Shown here piece by piece: positions 9,212 through 21,135 of a DNA stretch of 35,045 bases. Made by a program: the position numbers and the translations under genes. Location of the stretch: NCBI GenBank assembly GCA_913061245.1, contig CAJXTO010000001.1:1-35045 (forward strand), given 5' to 3'. Below the pieces are notes generated by a model. The model was not told the origin of the DNA. It was given only the letters and a program-made list of their open reading frames with translations, and ran no database searches. The DNA comes from an uncultured Oceanospirillales bacterium (GTDB lineage Bacteria > Pseudomonadota > Gammaproteobacteria > Pseudomonadales > Litorivicinaceae). Position 1 is the first letter of the stretch; each line of letters starts with the position of its first letter.

Positions 9212-9898
9212 TTAATTTGCTGGATTGATTTCCAATAACTCAACGTCAAAGACAAGCACTGAGTTTGGCGGGATAGGTCCTGTACCAGCAGGGCCATAAG
9301 CAAGTGCTGATGGAATCGTGAACTGGAATTTTGATCCAACCTTCATTAACTGAACGCCTTCAGACCAACCAGGAATCACACCATTCAATGGGAAGCTCAC
9401 TGGCTCGCCGCGCGCGATTGAGCTATCAAATACGTCACCTGAAATCAGGCGCCCTTCATAATGTACTTTGACAGTGTCGGTCGCCTTTGGTGAATCTCCA
9501 GAGCCTTCAGCCAACACTTTGTACTGAAGTCCTGATGCGGTCACAGTCACGCCATCTTTTTTCGCATTATCAGCCAAAAAGGCTTCACCTGATTTGAGAT
9601 TTGCTTCCGCCATTGCTTCTACCTGTCGTTGCTGTTCAGCGCGAACTTTAGTCTGCGCGTCTTGGACTGCTTTATTGATTGCTGGACGGTCCAGCTTCCA
9701 ATTCTTTGGATCTTTTGAGTCCTTCAATCCCTCAAGAACGAATTGTGGATCGAGATCACCAAAATCATTTTGAATACGCTCGCCGAGAATGATCCCAAGG
9801 CTATAGCTTAATTTTTCTAAATCTGTTGAGGGTTCATTCGCAAGCGCCGGAGTCGCAAGCAAAGACGCGATTAGAGCGCCCCGAAACAATGATTTCAT
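9212..9898 (-). CDS. Exported FKBP-type peptidyl-prolyl isomerase (Mip/FklB/FkpA-like)
   Basis: Signal peptide (..PALA/N), KLSYSLG dimerisation region, TASGLQY, VHYEG, VIPGW, IPPNSVLVFDVELL. Confidence 0.93.
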   Translation of the reverse strand: MKSLFRGALIASLLATPALANEPSTDLEKLSYSLGIILGERIQNDFGDLDPQFVLEGLKDSKDPKNWKLDRPAINKAVQDAQTKVRAEQQRQVEAMAEANLKSGEAFLADNAKKDGVTVTASGLQYKVLAEGSGDSPKATDTVKVHYEGRLISGDVFDSSIARGEPVSFPLNGVIPGWSEGVQLMKVGSKFQFTIPSALAYGPAGTGPIPPNSVLVFDVELLEINPAN

Positions 9899-9907
9899 AC
9901 ATACTCC

Positions 9908-10552
9908 TTAGTTAGTTTCCGAGAGCCTATCAGGCTCTGGGGTCGAAATGCCACGTAAGACTCGATTTCCCTCGATAATCCGGGTGGCAGTGGTAATTAA
10001 ACACAACGCACCGAACCCCCAAGCTAGCCACTCAAACCATTCAGGAACGAGGCACATTAATAGCAAAACTATCGTGGTTTCAAAGCCTTCGGTCAGACCC
10101 TGTAAGTAATAGATCGATTTATCTTTGAGCGCCTGGTTCTCCAAGCCATGCCGAGCCGCAAAAATGGAGAACGCAAGAAAACTCGAGCCAGTTCCAACAA
10201 AACTAAATAATAAAAAAGCAGCAGCCAAACCAACGCTCGGATCACGAACTGCGAACGCGAAAGGTATCGCGCTATACACCAAAAAATCACAGGTGATGTC
10301 GAGAAAAGCACCCCGTTCCGTTGGACCATGGATGCGCGCTAAGGCTCCATCTAATCCATCCAATAAACGGTTCATGCCAAATAAAATCACAGCAATCATT
10401 AAGGCATCTGACATGATTGCGACTGCTGCCAAAAGCCCACTTAACGCACCAGCTAAGGTCAATTGTGTCGCTGTAATCCCTGCTTGAGATAGTGGGCGCG
10501 CAGCAGATCTCAGAGGTGCTTTCAGATGCTTAACAATCAGCGCGTCAAACAC
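9908..10552 (-). CDS. ynjF: CDP-alcohol phosphatidyltransferase family protein (YnjF-like)
   Basis: Signature DGLDGALAR-x7-GAFLDITCD; GTG start after strong SD GGAGGAG; follows ynjBCD-like genes. Confidence 0.88.
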   Translation of the reverse strand: MFDALIVKHLKAPLRSAARPLSQAGITATQLTLAGALSGLLAAVAIMSDALMIAVILFGMNRLLDGLDGALARIHGPTERGAFLDITCDFLVYSAIPFAFAVRDPSVGLAAAFLLFSFVGTGSSFLAFSIFAARHGLENQALKDKSIYYLQGLTEGFETTIVLLLMCLVPEWFEWLAWGFGALCLITTATRIIEGNRVLRGISTPEPDRLSETN

Positions 10553-11157
10553 ACCATGTCTCCTCCTGGTGGGCGATCTTCTGGATGATGCGTTACCAAA
10601 ATGCCATAAGCACCATCATGTCTTACTTGTTCAAAAATCAGATGTTTCACCTGCTCGCGCGTCTCTGAATCAAGTGCACTCAAGGGTTCATCAAGTAATA
10701 CGATCCGAGGATGTGGTGCGAGAGCGCGAGCGACAGCGACACGCATCATCTGCCCTCGCGATAATTGAAATGGATCCTGCGCAGCCATCCCACTCAGGCC
10801 AATTTGGTTCAATAATTGATTAACCCGGTCTCGATGAGATGCGTCTTTCAATTGATGCATCGACAGCTCGATGTTTGCGCCAATAGATAGATGAGGAAAG
10901 AGTAACGGCTCCTGAAAAACGGTCTGCGACTCGGCACTCAGCCGAGTTGAAGGATCCATTGGGCGGCCATCAAAGGTGATTTGACCGGATATCTCGACTC
11001 CAGGCTCCTGATCAATCAGCGCATGCAGCAGTGTGGATTTGCCAAGACCTGACTCACCCTGCAACGTCATTATCTCTCCAGACCCTAGTGCGAAGGAAAA
11101 TGGCTTAAACAGTTGTCGACCAGCGCGGATCACTGAGACTTCATCGAAAATCAGCAT
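10537..11157 (-). CDS. ynjD: ABC transporter ATP-binding subunit (YnjD-like)
   Basis: Walker A GESGLGKS, Q-loop VFQEPLLFPHL, signature LSRGQ, Walker B VLLDEP, H-loop VTHH; start set at ATG 11157. Confidence 0.85.
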   Translation of the reverse strand: MLIFDEVSVIRAGRQLFKPFSFALGSGEIMTLQGESGLGKSTLLHALIDQEPGVEISGQITFDGRPMDPSTRLSAESQTVFQEPLLFPHLSIGANIELSMHQLKDASHRDRVNQLLNQIGLSGMAAQDPFQLSRGQMMRVAVARALAPHPRIVLLDEPLSALDSETREQVKHLIFEQVRHDGAYGILVTHHPEDRPPGGDMVCLTR

Positions 11158-12754
11158 ACCCATCCCCTTGCATCCCAACGCGATGGCGCCACGAAATACG
11201 GTTAACCCAGAGAGCAAGCCCGAAAGCAATCAGTGGTAACAGTACATTAACCAATCCTGTCACAGCAGCTGGCCTCCGCTCACCACCGACAGTGACCATT
11301 AGCTCCGTCATGAGTGTTTCGATACGACCACCACCTAGCAGGATCGTTTGGGTATACAGAGCACAACTCACAGCAAAAGCGAGCGCGAACGCCAAGACCA
11401 ATAATCGGCTGTGTCGTGGCATCCAAATCAATAGAATCTGCTGCCACACAGTCAAGCCGGCTTGTTTTAAAAGCACCTCATGACGCCAATCGCGATCGAA
11501 CCAACTATCACTCACTACAATCATCACATACGGAAGCGCGATTAATGTATGACCTAAGATCACCGGCCAAAGACCAGGGCTTCCCCCAAAAAAGTAAATC
11601 CACGCAAGCAACCCCGATGCCATCGGAAGTGCCGGCAACCAAAGAAATGCCCACCAAATCCAATGCAAGCGCTTCTGCCCTTTTGACACCAAGTACTCAA
11701 GAATGCACACAGCCAAAACAATGGCGATTACGCTCGTAGTAAGTCCTATCAATAGAGACGTCCAGAATGGAGACTTCAAACTCTCTAGGCTTGTCAAAGC
11801 ACTCAATGAAACATAAGGCAACGGCTCCAAAACGCTCCATCGCAACGTCACAGCCCAAATCAGCAAACTCACAATCGATAACCAAGTCGCGGTAATGAGA
11901 GTCCAGCGCAACACGGTTACCCCGTCCGTCAAAGCCATCACATCAGGTAGTCGATCTTTAACGCATGGACGAGTCAATCGATGAAATACGCCCCAAACTC
12001 CCACAAGCAAGACCAATAGGATGAGTAAACCAAGCGCGCCTGCCTGTCGATTTAGTGCATTGGGATCAGTCAGCAACTGAAATAAGCGAACACCGATCAG
12101 CTGTGGCTGATCTGGGCCCAGAATCAGACTGACTTCGAGATTGGTCAGTCCAAAAACGAACACCACAAAAATCGCCGGCCACATCAAGCGTATGACCTGA
12201 GGCCAGATGAGTTGATGATGGCATTGGATTTGAGTCAAACCGGCTTGCCGAGCTATCACCTGATAAGAACGTAGCGGAAGCCTTTTGGTGATCGGTATCG
12301 CAATGGCAATTAAAAATGCACTTTCTTTGATCACAAGTGACAAGATCGTACCCATCCCCCATGGATCTCTCGGGAATAAGTATTGCTGGTCGAGTGGAAG
12401 CTCAAAAAACACGGAGATCCATCGCCAACCAACGCCTCCAGCGGACAGAGCCAACAATAAACCGACCGCAAGCGCACTGTGTGGCATCGCAAGCAATACA
12501 CTTCGCCACACCCCGGAATCACTCACCTGAAGAGTTTTGGCAGACATAGCACGCGCGATGAATAAAGAGATAATAAGCGAGGCACTCGCAACCCATAGAG
12601 AAAGTATGAGCGAATCAATCAGAGCAGGCTCACTCCACAAACGCTCGAGACCCCGAGTCCAAGAAATACCTGAATAACGGCCGAGTGCATCATCCAATAA
12701 CCCAATGATGGGAAGAATCAGAATAAGAACGAAAAATCGTTCAATCCAGTTCAC
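11141..12754 (-). CDS. ynjC: ABC transporter permease, fused double domain (YnjC-like)
   Basis: About 12 TM segments, two EAA-like loops (ARQAGLT, LKQAGLT), LAMPH motif; GTG start overlaps upstream stop (GTGA). Confidence 0.8.
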   Translation of the reverse strand: MNWIERFFVLILILPIIGLLDDALGRYSGISWTRGLERLWSEPALIDSLILSLWVASASLIISLFIARAMSAKTLQVSDSGVWRSVLLAMPHSALAVGLLLALSAGGVGWRWISVFFELPLDQQYLFPRDPWGMGTILSLVIKESAFLIAIAIPITKRLPLRSYQVIARQAGLTQIQCHHQLIWPQVIRLMWPAIFVVFVFGLTNLEVSLILGPDQPQLIGVRLFQLLTDPNALNRQAGALGLLILLVLLVGVWGVFHRLTRPCVKDRLPDVMALTDGVTVLRWTLITATWLSIVSLLIWAVTLRWSVLEPLPYVSLSALTSLESLKSPFWTSLLIGLTTSVIAIVLAVCILEYLVSKGQKRLHWIWWAFLWLPALPMASGLLAWIYFFGGSPGLWPVILGHTLIALPYVMIVVSDSWFDRDWRHEVLLKQAGLTVWQQILLIWMPRHSRLLVLAFALAFAVSCALYTQTILLGGGRIETLMTELMVTVGGERRPAAVTGLVNVLLPLIAFGLALWVNRISWRHRVGMQGDGYADFR

Positions 12755-13946
12755 CGAGCCTTCCCAAAGTAGCGCTCTTTCCATGCACGCTCTAGTGGCT
12801 CAACCCAACTTGCGTGCGGTTCCGACAAAGGAATACCACGATCCGCCACCGATAAAGTTGCCGGGCCTAAATCGAGAGAGTCGAAAAGTTCTCGGCCTTT
12901 GGAGTCTAATCGAGACAGATCGATCACCGTCGGATCACCCCAAACCGTTGGATCTGCTTTCTCAGCCTGCGCTTCTGAACTTAAAAGAAGATTGATCCAA
13001 ACCAAGGCCCCTGCACGCGCATCGGCATTAAACGGAATCGCCAAAAAATGTGTGTTTCCAACAGTACCCGTATTATGAATATACGTTCTAACTGATGGTG
13101 CAAACCGACCGTCAAGAATCCGTTGTGACGCGTCATTCGGATTGAAGCTCAGTGCAATATCCAAAATGCCATCGGCGAACAAATCCATCATCACTTCTGC
13201 CGAGTCAGGAAACTCCTTGCCTCCACGCCACAAATACGGATGTAAGGCATCAAGGTATGCCCACATGGGAGCGGTCACTCGCTTAAATCGCTCTTGCGAA
13301 TAGGGTTCCTTTAACCAATCTTGCTGCTCGGTCGTCTCCCACAGAACCTGTTTTAGAAATGTCGTTCCGTGAAAATTGGGTGGCTCAGGATAGGTCACGC
13401 GCCCAGGATTATTTTTCGCATAGTCCAGTAATGCATCCATCGACTTCGGTGGCTGAGAAAGGCGCGATTGATCGTAAATAAATACCAGTTGAGCACGACC
13501 CCATGGAGCTTCTAGTCCATCTGTCGGAACCGAAAAATCAGCGGCAATGGTCGGATCGTCAAGATTGATCGCTCTCGATGATGGAAGATCGGTAACAAAC
13601 GGAGCTCCCAAGAGTCCATCGCGCTTCATCCGAGCAAAGTTCTCTCCATTGATCCACATGACATCGACTGAGCCTTGATCTGATCGACCGACACGTTTTG
13701 CCGTTTGTATGCCTTGGATTGCCACAGAGATATCGTCAACTTTAACGTGCTCGACTTTGACATCGTGGCGTTCTTCGGCGATTTGCGCCCAACGCGCGAT
13801 GTATTGGTTAATCGTTGACGAACCACCCCATGCATAAAAATATACTGTCTGACCCTTCGCATCGGCTTCTACAGTCTGCCAATCAGCTGCTTGGCCGGTC
13901 TGGATACCGGCAAGCAACACAAGTGCAACCATCAGTCGAAAATTCA

Positions 13947-13947
<1 letters not shown>
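12751..13947 (-). CDS. ynjB: ABC transporter periplasmic binding protein (YnjB-like)
   Basis: Signal peptide; GQTVYFYAWGGS, VDVMWINGENF, EAPWGRAQL, YPEPPNFHGTTFLKQ, GNTHFLAIP; ATG overlaps upstream TGA (TGATG). Confidence 0.9.
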
Positions 13948-15744
<1,797 letters not shown>

Positions 15745-15768
15745 GACAAGAAACATAACGAGGATATA

Positions 15769-16095
15769 ATGAGCGACCAAATTACAACTCTGACAAATGA
15801 CAACTTTGATTCAGTGATCAAAGATGCGCAAACGCCTGTATTGGTGGACTTCTGGGCCGAATGGTGCGGTCCATGTAAAATGATTGCGCCTGTCTTAGAA
15901 GAACTTGCTACCGAATACGCAGGGCGTTTAACGATCGCAAAACTTAACGTGGACGATCACCGCGAGGCGACTGAAAAATTTAATATTCGCGGCATTCCGA
16001 CACTCATCTTGTTTAAGAATGGTGAACCCGAAGCAACAAAGGTTGGTGCGCTGTCTAAAAGCCAGCTCGCAGCATTTCTTGATTCAAACATCTAA
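15769..16095 (+). CDS. trxA: Thioredoxin 1
   Basis: [17 protein letters not shown]; upstream of rho; SD GAGGA. Confidence 0.97.
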   Translation: MSDQITTLTNDNFDSVIKDAQTPVLVDFWAEWCGPCKMIAPVLEELATEYAGRLTIAKLNVDDHREATEKFNIRGIPTLILFKNGEPEATKVGALSKSQLAAFLDSNI

Positions 16096-16100
16096 AAGAC

Positions 16101-16129
16101 TAGACGAGCACACCGAAAGCGCCTAAGCT
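16101..16129 (+). promoter_or_regulatory. Putative sigma70 promoter of rho
   Basis: TAGACG (16101-16106), 17 nt spacer, TAAGCT (16124-16129). Confidence 0.5.
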
Positions 16130-16138
16130 TTCGGTGTG
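16109..16138. repeat. Perfect 12-bp inverted repeat (hairpin) between trxA and rho; possible terminator, stabiliser or operator
   Basis: CACACCGAAAGC-GCCTAA-GCTTTCGGTGTG; the T-run lies about 20 nt downstream rather than adjacent. Confidence 0.7.
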
Positions 16139-16233
16139 GATGCCCTCCACAACTCCCTTTTTTATTTCAGAAAACACATATTTACCAACCCAAATACCGC
16201 CCGTGGTCCGTGCCCGGGTGATTCAGAGAACAC

Positions 16234-17493
16234 ATGAACCTCACAGAACTTAAGAAAAAATCAATGCCGCAGCTCCTTGAGATTGCGGAGAGCATGAACC
16301 TCGAAAACCTCGCACGGTCCCGCAAACAGGACGTCATTTTTTCTATCCTGAAAGCACATGCGAAAAGCGGGGAAGACATTTACGGTGATGGCGTCCTAGA
16401 AATTTTATCGGACGGCTTCGGATTCCTTCGATCTGCTGATTCAAGCTACCTTGCAGGTCCTGATGACATTTACGTCTCTCCAAGCCAAATTCGACGTTTC
16501 AACCTCCGCAAAGGCGACTCCATTGCAGGCAAGATTCGCCCACCCAAGGATAGCGAGCGTTACTTCGCGCTGTTGAAAGTTGATGAGATCAACTTCGACA
16601 AACCAGAGAATGCAAAGAACAAAATTTTATTCGAGAACTTAACGCCTCTGTTCCCTCAGGAACGTCTCACGATGGAACAAGGTAATGGCTCGACCGAAGA
16701 TTTAACGGCGCGAATCATTGATTTGGTTTGCCCAATTGGTAAAGGTCAGCGTGCATTGATCGTTTCACCTCCTAAAGCAGGTAAAACGCTCATGCTGCAA
16801 AACATCGCCAATAGCATCGTGCGTAACAATCCAGAATGTTATCTGATCGTTCTTCTCATCGACGAACGTCCAGAAGAAGTAACCGAGATGCAACGAACTG
16901 TCCGCGGTGAAGTTGTGGCATCAACGTTCGATGAGCCACCAGCTCGACATGTTCAGGTTGCTGAAATGGTCATTGAAAAGGCGAAGCGCCTGACAGAGCA
17001 CAAGCGCGATGTGATCATCTTGCTTGATTCGATCACGCGACTCGCACGAGCTTACAACACGGTGCAACCTTCATCAGGCAAGGTATTAACTGGTGGTGTC
17101 GATGCTCACGCACTTGAGCGTCCAAAGCGCTTCTTTGGTGCCGCTCGAAATATCGAAGAAGGTGGCAGTCTTTCAATCATCGCGACCGCGTTGGTTGATA
17201 CCGGTTCAAAGATGGACGAAGTCATTTTCGAAGAGTTCAAGGGAACCGGTAACTCAGAATTGAACCTGGAAAGACGCGCTGCCGAGAAGCGTATCTTCCC
17301 TGCGATCAATATCCGCAAATCTGGAACACGTCGTGAAGACCTCCTCACGACAGAGGAAGAACTGCAGCGTATGTGGATTCTGAGGAAACTTCTCGATTCT
17401 ATGGAAGACCTCCAAGCGATCGAGTTCTTGGTCGACCGTATGAAGACGACAACGACTAACGAAGAGTTCTTCCAGTCAATGAAGAAGCGTTAA
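16234..17493 (+). CDS. rho: Transcription termination factor Rho
   Basis: 419 aa; [45 protein letters not shown]. Confidence 0.99.
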   Translation: MNLTELKKKSMPQLLEIAESMNLENLARSRKQDVIFSILKAHAKSGEDIYGDGVLEILSDGFGFLRSADSSYLAGPDDIYVSPSQIRRFNLRKGDSIAGKIRPPKDSERYFALLKVDEINFDKPENAKNKILFENLTPLFPQERLTMEQGNGSTEDLTARIIDLVCPIGKGQRALIVSPPKAGKTLMLQNIANSIVRNNPECYLIVLLIDERPEEVTEMQRTVRGEVVASTFDEPPARHVQVAEMVIEKAKRLTEHKRDVIILLDSITRLARAYNTVQPSSGKVLTGGVDAHALERPKRFFGAARNIEEGGSLSIIATALVDTGSKMDEVIFEEFKGTGNSELNLERRAAEKRIFPAINIRKSGTRREDLLTTEEELQRMWILRKLLDSMEDLQAIEFLVDRMKTTTTNEEFFQSMKKR

Positions 17494-18329
17494 GACGCTT
17501 CTTCAATCAGACGGCGCCTGAGTTTCTCGAGCGCCTCTGTTCTCCCCGATTCAATCTCAACATGCAATAAATGAACAAGCGGATTCTCTGGATCGAGTTC
17601 GTTTGCACGTTCGATATGATGTTTTGCTTCAGCATCTAGGCTCGCAGCCATCGCTAAACGTGCCTGAACAACTTCTAATGAAACCGAATTCGCATGTGCT
17701 TTCGCTAACGGATTGAGAAGCGCTAACCGTGATAACGCATCCTCATCACCAACCGTTTCAAGCGCAAGTGCCCAGTCTTCGCGCCATTGTTTCTTTAACG
17801 CCTTTATGAGCGGCTTAAATTCGGTTGGCTTAGGGTCATGTTCAATCGCTTTTGGAATGCTCGCCATCAATTGTTCTGCTGTTTCCAAGTAACGCTCTGA
17901 TTCGTCTAATTGTTCCAATCGTCTTGCAGCTTCCGATGCCAATAACCAATGGAGTGCTGGTAACGATTCAGAGTTGGCATCTTTTTTAAGGACGGCAAGG
18001 GCGCGAGCCGGCTCATCACGACGTAACCACAAGGCACCCTCAATCAGACGGGAATCTGCTTTCCGATGCCGCATCCGTCCCCAAGCTCTCAACACACTCA
18101 GAGGAAGACGACCCAAGGCAGTACCCAAGCCAAATACAATCCAGAGGACAATCGTTACGGCAATAAAAAGAATGATAAATGCCCATAGCGACATCTCGAT
18201 GGTGTATCCGCCATAGGCAAATAGAACATAACCTGGGTCAGCTTTGACTCGGTCACCAAGATATAAACCGAAAGCGAGTAACGCCCCAAGAACCGAGACC
18301 CAAATCGATATCCTGAGAAGGCGACTCAC
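17490..18329 (-). CDS. hemY: HemY-like membrane protein (HemY_N domain), shortened
   Basis: Two N-terminal TM segments around [27 protein letters not shown]; last gene of hemC-hemD-hemX-hemY. Confidence 0.78.
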   Translation of the reverse strand: MSRLLRISIWVSVLGALLAFGLYLGDRVKADPGYVLFAYGGYTIEMSLWAFIILFIAVTIVLWIVFGLGTALGRLPLSVLRAWGRMRHRKADSRLIEGALWLRRDEPARALAVLKKDANSESLPALHWLLASEAARRLEQLDESERYLETAEQLMASIPKAIEHDPKPTEFKPLIKALKKQWREDWALALETVGDEDALSRLALLNPLAKAHANSVSLEVVQARLAMAASLDAEAKHHIERANELDPENPLVHLLHVEIESGRTEALEKLRRRLIEEAS

Positions 18330-19438
18330 TGTCTCACCTCTGCTCCAGAAACTCGTTCTTGGGTCAGTGCATCACGATAAGCTTTCAAAGCGCGGAGGCC
18401 TTGAGCCGCATCAGGAATTTCGCGGGTAATTTGTGTGCCTTCAAGCGAACTAAGAACCGTCATCACTTTCAGTCCAGCACCTTCCGTTACATCGAAAAAG
18501 TGCATCGATAAACGTTTAGCCTGAGCAAGACCCGCATCGAAAAGAACCTGATCTTCACGAATCAATGCCACCTTAATCTGCTCAAGACTCAAGCGAAGAA
18601 CCTCTCGTGCTCGTCCAGCATCCGATGCCGAAACAAGCGGCGTAATCGGCGCATTCACTTCGCGAATTCGAATAAACTCAGACAGACCGCCGAGCCATTT
18701 TTGTACATCGACGGTCGCTTCCGACTCTGCCTCGGGGGCCAAGCGGCGCACAGGTAACTGCAAATCATCCAACACAGGGTCTAAAGCGAGTAACTCAGCC
18801 TGAATACCTAAGACATCAACTGACTGGATCGCAGACAAAGACTGTAAATCCTGCGCTAATCGCTCTCTCACAGACAATAAACGACCGTCTTGTAACTGAC
18901 CAAGTAGCGCTTGAGCAGTGCGCATTAAATTCACGGCTGTCTCTGGGTTACGCTCAACAAGAAGTCGCTGATCGGCAAGCTTTAAGAGATATTCAGCTTC
19001 TGCCAAAACATAACTGCTTCGCGTGTCCACCTGAGCCTTAGCCAACTCCTCTGCGACCATCTCAACACGGTCAATTACCGACTGATTACGAGTATCTGCG
19101 CGTCCTACATCCGTCTCGAGCTTCTGAATTTGATCATCAAGTCTGCGAGTAGCCGCCTCGAGCGACTCGACCTGGGCAATCTTTGTATTCAAGGCCTGCA
19201 GCGAGGCATTTAAAGACTCTGTGGTGCGAGTAATCGATTGCAGCTCATGCCACCCAAACCAACCGCCACCACCGACAGCCAGTGTCGCGATAATGCTCAA
19301 GATAATCGCGAACCAGCCACTTGATCGTGCTGCTTGCGAGTGATTGTGATGATCGGCTGTCACCTCTTCAGACTCAGCCTGTTCATCGACAACAATTTCC
19401 TCAGCGACTTCAGGTGTTTTTGCTTCAGTCTTTGACAC
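18326..19438 (-). CDS. hemX: HemX family membrane-anchored coiled-coil protein
   Basis: Acidic N-terminus, single TM, coiled coil, LAEAEYLLKLADQRL; position after hemD; GTG 19438 after AAGGAG. Confidence 0.85.
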   Translation of the reverse strand: MSKTEAKTPEVAEEIVVDEQAESEEVTADHHNHSQAARSSGWFAIILSIIATLAVGGGGWFGWHELQSITRTTESLNASLQALNTKIAQVESLEAATRRLDDQIQKLETDVGRADTRNQSVIDRVEMVAEELAKAQVDTRSSYVLAEAEYLLKLADQRLLVERNPETAVNLMRTAQALLGQLQDGRLLSVRERLAQDLQSLSAIQSVDVLGIQAELLALDPVLDDLQLPVRRLAPEAESEATVDVQKWLGGLSEFIRIREVNAPITPLVSASDAGRAREVLRLSLEQIKVALIREDQVLFDAGLAQAKRLSMHFFDVTEGAGLKVMTVLSSLEGTQITREIPDAAQGLRALKAYRDALTQERVSGAEVRQ

Positions 19439-20147
19439 TCGGCTCTCCTTGCATCGCCAATCGAACTTCATCTGGTGTTGGCGAATTGATTTGATAATAC
19501 CGGCTTCCAGACGGTAATTGTGCTTTCGCGTCAGAACTTGTCACAAAATGCACGTATTCCAACGCATTCAAACCGTATGTCTCTGCGATTTGTAAATAGG
19601 CATTCAGAAGAACAGCAGACCCATGAACAATTCCGCCAATTCCATTCAAATTTTGAAGTTCTAAATCAATGCAAGGAACCACTTCGAATAGCTCTAGATG
19701 CGCAACGGGATCAAGTAATAACGAATTCAGTTCAGAAAATTGCCGACCAGAGCCTTTTCCACTCACGATCAACAATCGGCTCTCGGATTGAATCTGTGTG
19801 CGCATGAATTGAATAAGTGATTCAGACCCTGGACTTGGAGCAGTCCTAACCGAATGCACCTCATCTTTGAGGAGCTCAGCTGTTCCGACGCCAACAGCCC
19901 AAAATTGTTGCTCAGCTGGCCATTGTGCCCAACGTGAGAGCACTGCATCGATGAGTAATCGAGCGGACTCGGGCGATGTAACAACGACATGATCAAACCG
20001 ATCGAAATCGACAATTGCGGGGTCCAACGCGACGTCTAGCGGATATGATTGGACGCACGGAAGAGCAATCACCTCAAATCCAGCATCAACGAACGCCTCA
20101 GCAACTCGTGGAAACGCTGAAGGAAGCCGGTTTAACCAAAGTTTCAA
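19425..20147 (-). CDS. hemD: Uroporphyrinogen-III synthase
   Basis: Directly after hemC; NRLP (TRP-like), VVVTSPESA, WAVGVGTA, SESL; divergent as usual for HemD; TTG start. Confidence 0.8.
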   Translation of the reverse strand: MKLWLNRLPSAFPRVAEAFVDAGFEVIALPCVQSYPLDVALDPAIVDFDRFDHVVVTSPESARLLIDAVLSRWAQWPAEQQFWAVGVGTAELLKDEVHSVRTAPSPGSESLIQFMRTQIQSESRLLIVSGKGSGRQFSELNSLLLDPVAHLELFEVVPCIDLELQNLNGIGGIVHGSAVLLNAYLQIAETYGLNALEYVHFVTSSDAKAQLPSGSRYYQINSPTPDEVRLAMQGEPSVKD

Positions 20148-21083
20148 CTACAAACCCGCTTGGGCAAGAAGTTCTCGAGCGCCTTGCGAAATCAGATCGT
20201 CTGCAACACGAATTCCGAGACTCTCAGCTTCATCGATTGGAGCCAAACCTTCTGCTTTCAGAAGCGTTCCGCAATCCGCCGAACCGACCAATGCACGCAA
20301 CCACAACTGCCCATCGCGCTCTATCGCGTAGGCCGCAATTGGCACCTGACATCCACCGTTCAAATGACGATTGAGAGCACGCTCGGCACGACCTGCAGTT
20401 TCTCCATCAGCATCTTGCAATGTCATCACAATTTCACGGGTTGCCAAATCATCTTCGCGAATCTCAATTCCAAGAATCCCCTGACCACATGCGGGCAAGA
20501 TCTCTTCTGGAGCCGTCTCAAATGCGATGCGATCACCTAACTCAAGGCGCTTAAGACCGGCAGATGCAAGAACAAGACCATCAAATTCACCTGCATCGAG
20601 TTTCTTCAGACGCGTACCCAGATTTCCTCGGACAGGGGATAGCTTAAGGTCTGGTCGTAACGCACGAATTTGGGCGATACGTCTCAAACTTGAGGTGCCA
20701 AGATGTGCGCCCTGAGGAATATCAGCAAAACCAGCCCATGCATTTGACCCAGCGCGGTGAACCACAGCATCTGTTGGTGTTTCACGTGCTGTTAAACAAC
20801 ACAAGTCCAGACCACCGGGGAGCTCCATCGGTACGTCTTTCAATGAATGTACAGCAAGGTCTGCTCGGCCGTCATACAGCGCAGTTTCTAGTTCTTTGAC
20901 GAAGACTCCTTTGCCACCAATTTTAGTTAATGACACATCGAGCCGCTCATCTCCCTGCGTGGTCATTTCCAAAAGCTCAATTTCCAACCCAGGAAAATGT
21001 GCTTGAAGGCGATCACGAACGTGATAAGCCTGCCAAAGAGCCAATGGACTCTTCCTTGTCGCGATAGTTAATGTTTTTTGCAT
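20148..21083 (-). CDS. hemC: Hydroxymethylbilane synthase (porphobilinogen deaminase)
   Basis: [48 protein letters not shown]; ATG 21083 after AAAGGA. Confidence 0.97.
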   Translation of the reverse strand: MQKTLTIATRKSPLALWQAYHVRDRLQAHFPGLEIELLEMTTQGDERLDVSLTKIGGKGVFVKELETALYDGRADLAVHSLKDVPMELPGGLDLCCLTARETPTDAVVHRAGSNAWAGFADIPQGAHLGTSSLRRIAQIRALRPDLKLSPVRGNLGTRLKKLDAGEFDGLVLASAGLKRLELGDRIAFETAPEEILPACGQGILGIEIREDDLATREIVMTLQDADGETAGRAERALNRHLNGGCQVPIAAYAIERDGQLWLRALVGSADCGTLLKAEGLAPIDEAESLGIRVADDLISQGARELLAQAGL

Positions 21084-21091
21084 GTGTGGTC

Positions 21092-21112
21092 CTTTGTTAC
21101 ACAAAGTATACT
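21092..21112. promoter_or_regulatory. Bidirectional -10 palindrome with adjacent short inverted repeat (hemC / argH)
   Basis: AGTATACT (21105-21112) reads TATACT on both strands; CTTTGT-TAC-ACAAAG at 21092-21106; 52-bp divergent gap. Confidence 0.5.
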
Positions 21113-21135
21113 GGATGCTTACAGAAGGAGTCTCT

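Noticed and set aside
16109-16164. Classic intrinsic terminator after trxA
   Set aside because: The U-tract is about 20 nt from the main stem, so it is kept only as a hairpin or possible attenuator
19425-20147. HemD divergence as a sign of inactivation
   Set aside because: HemD is generally poorly conserved; length and position are normal
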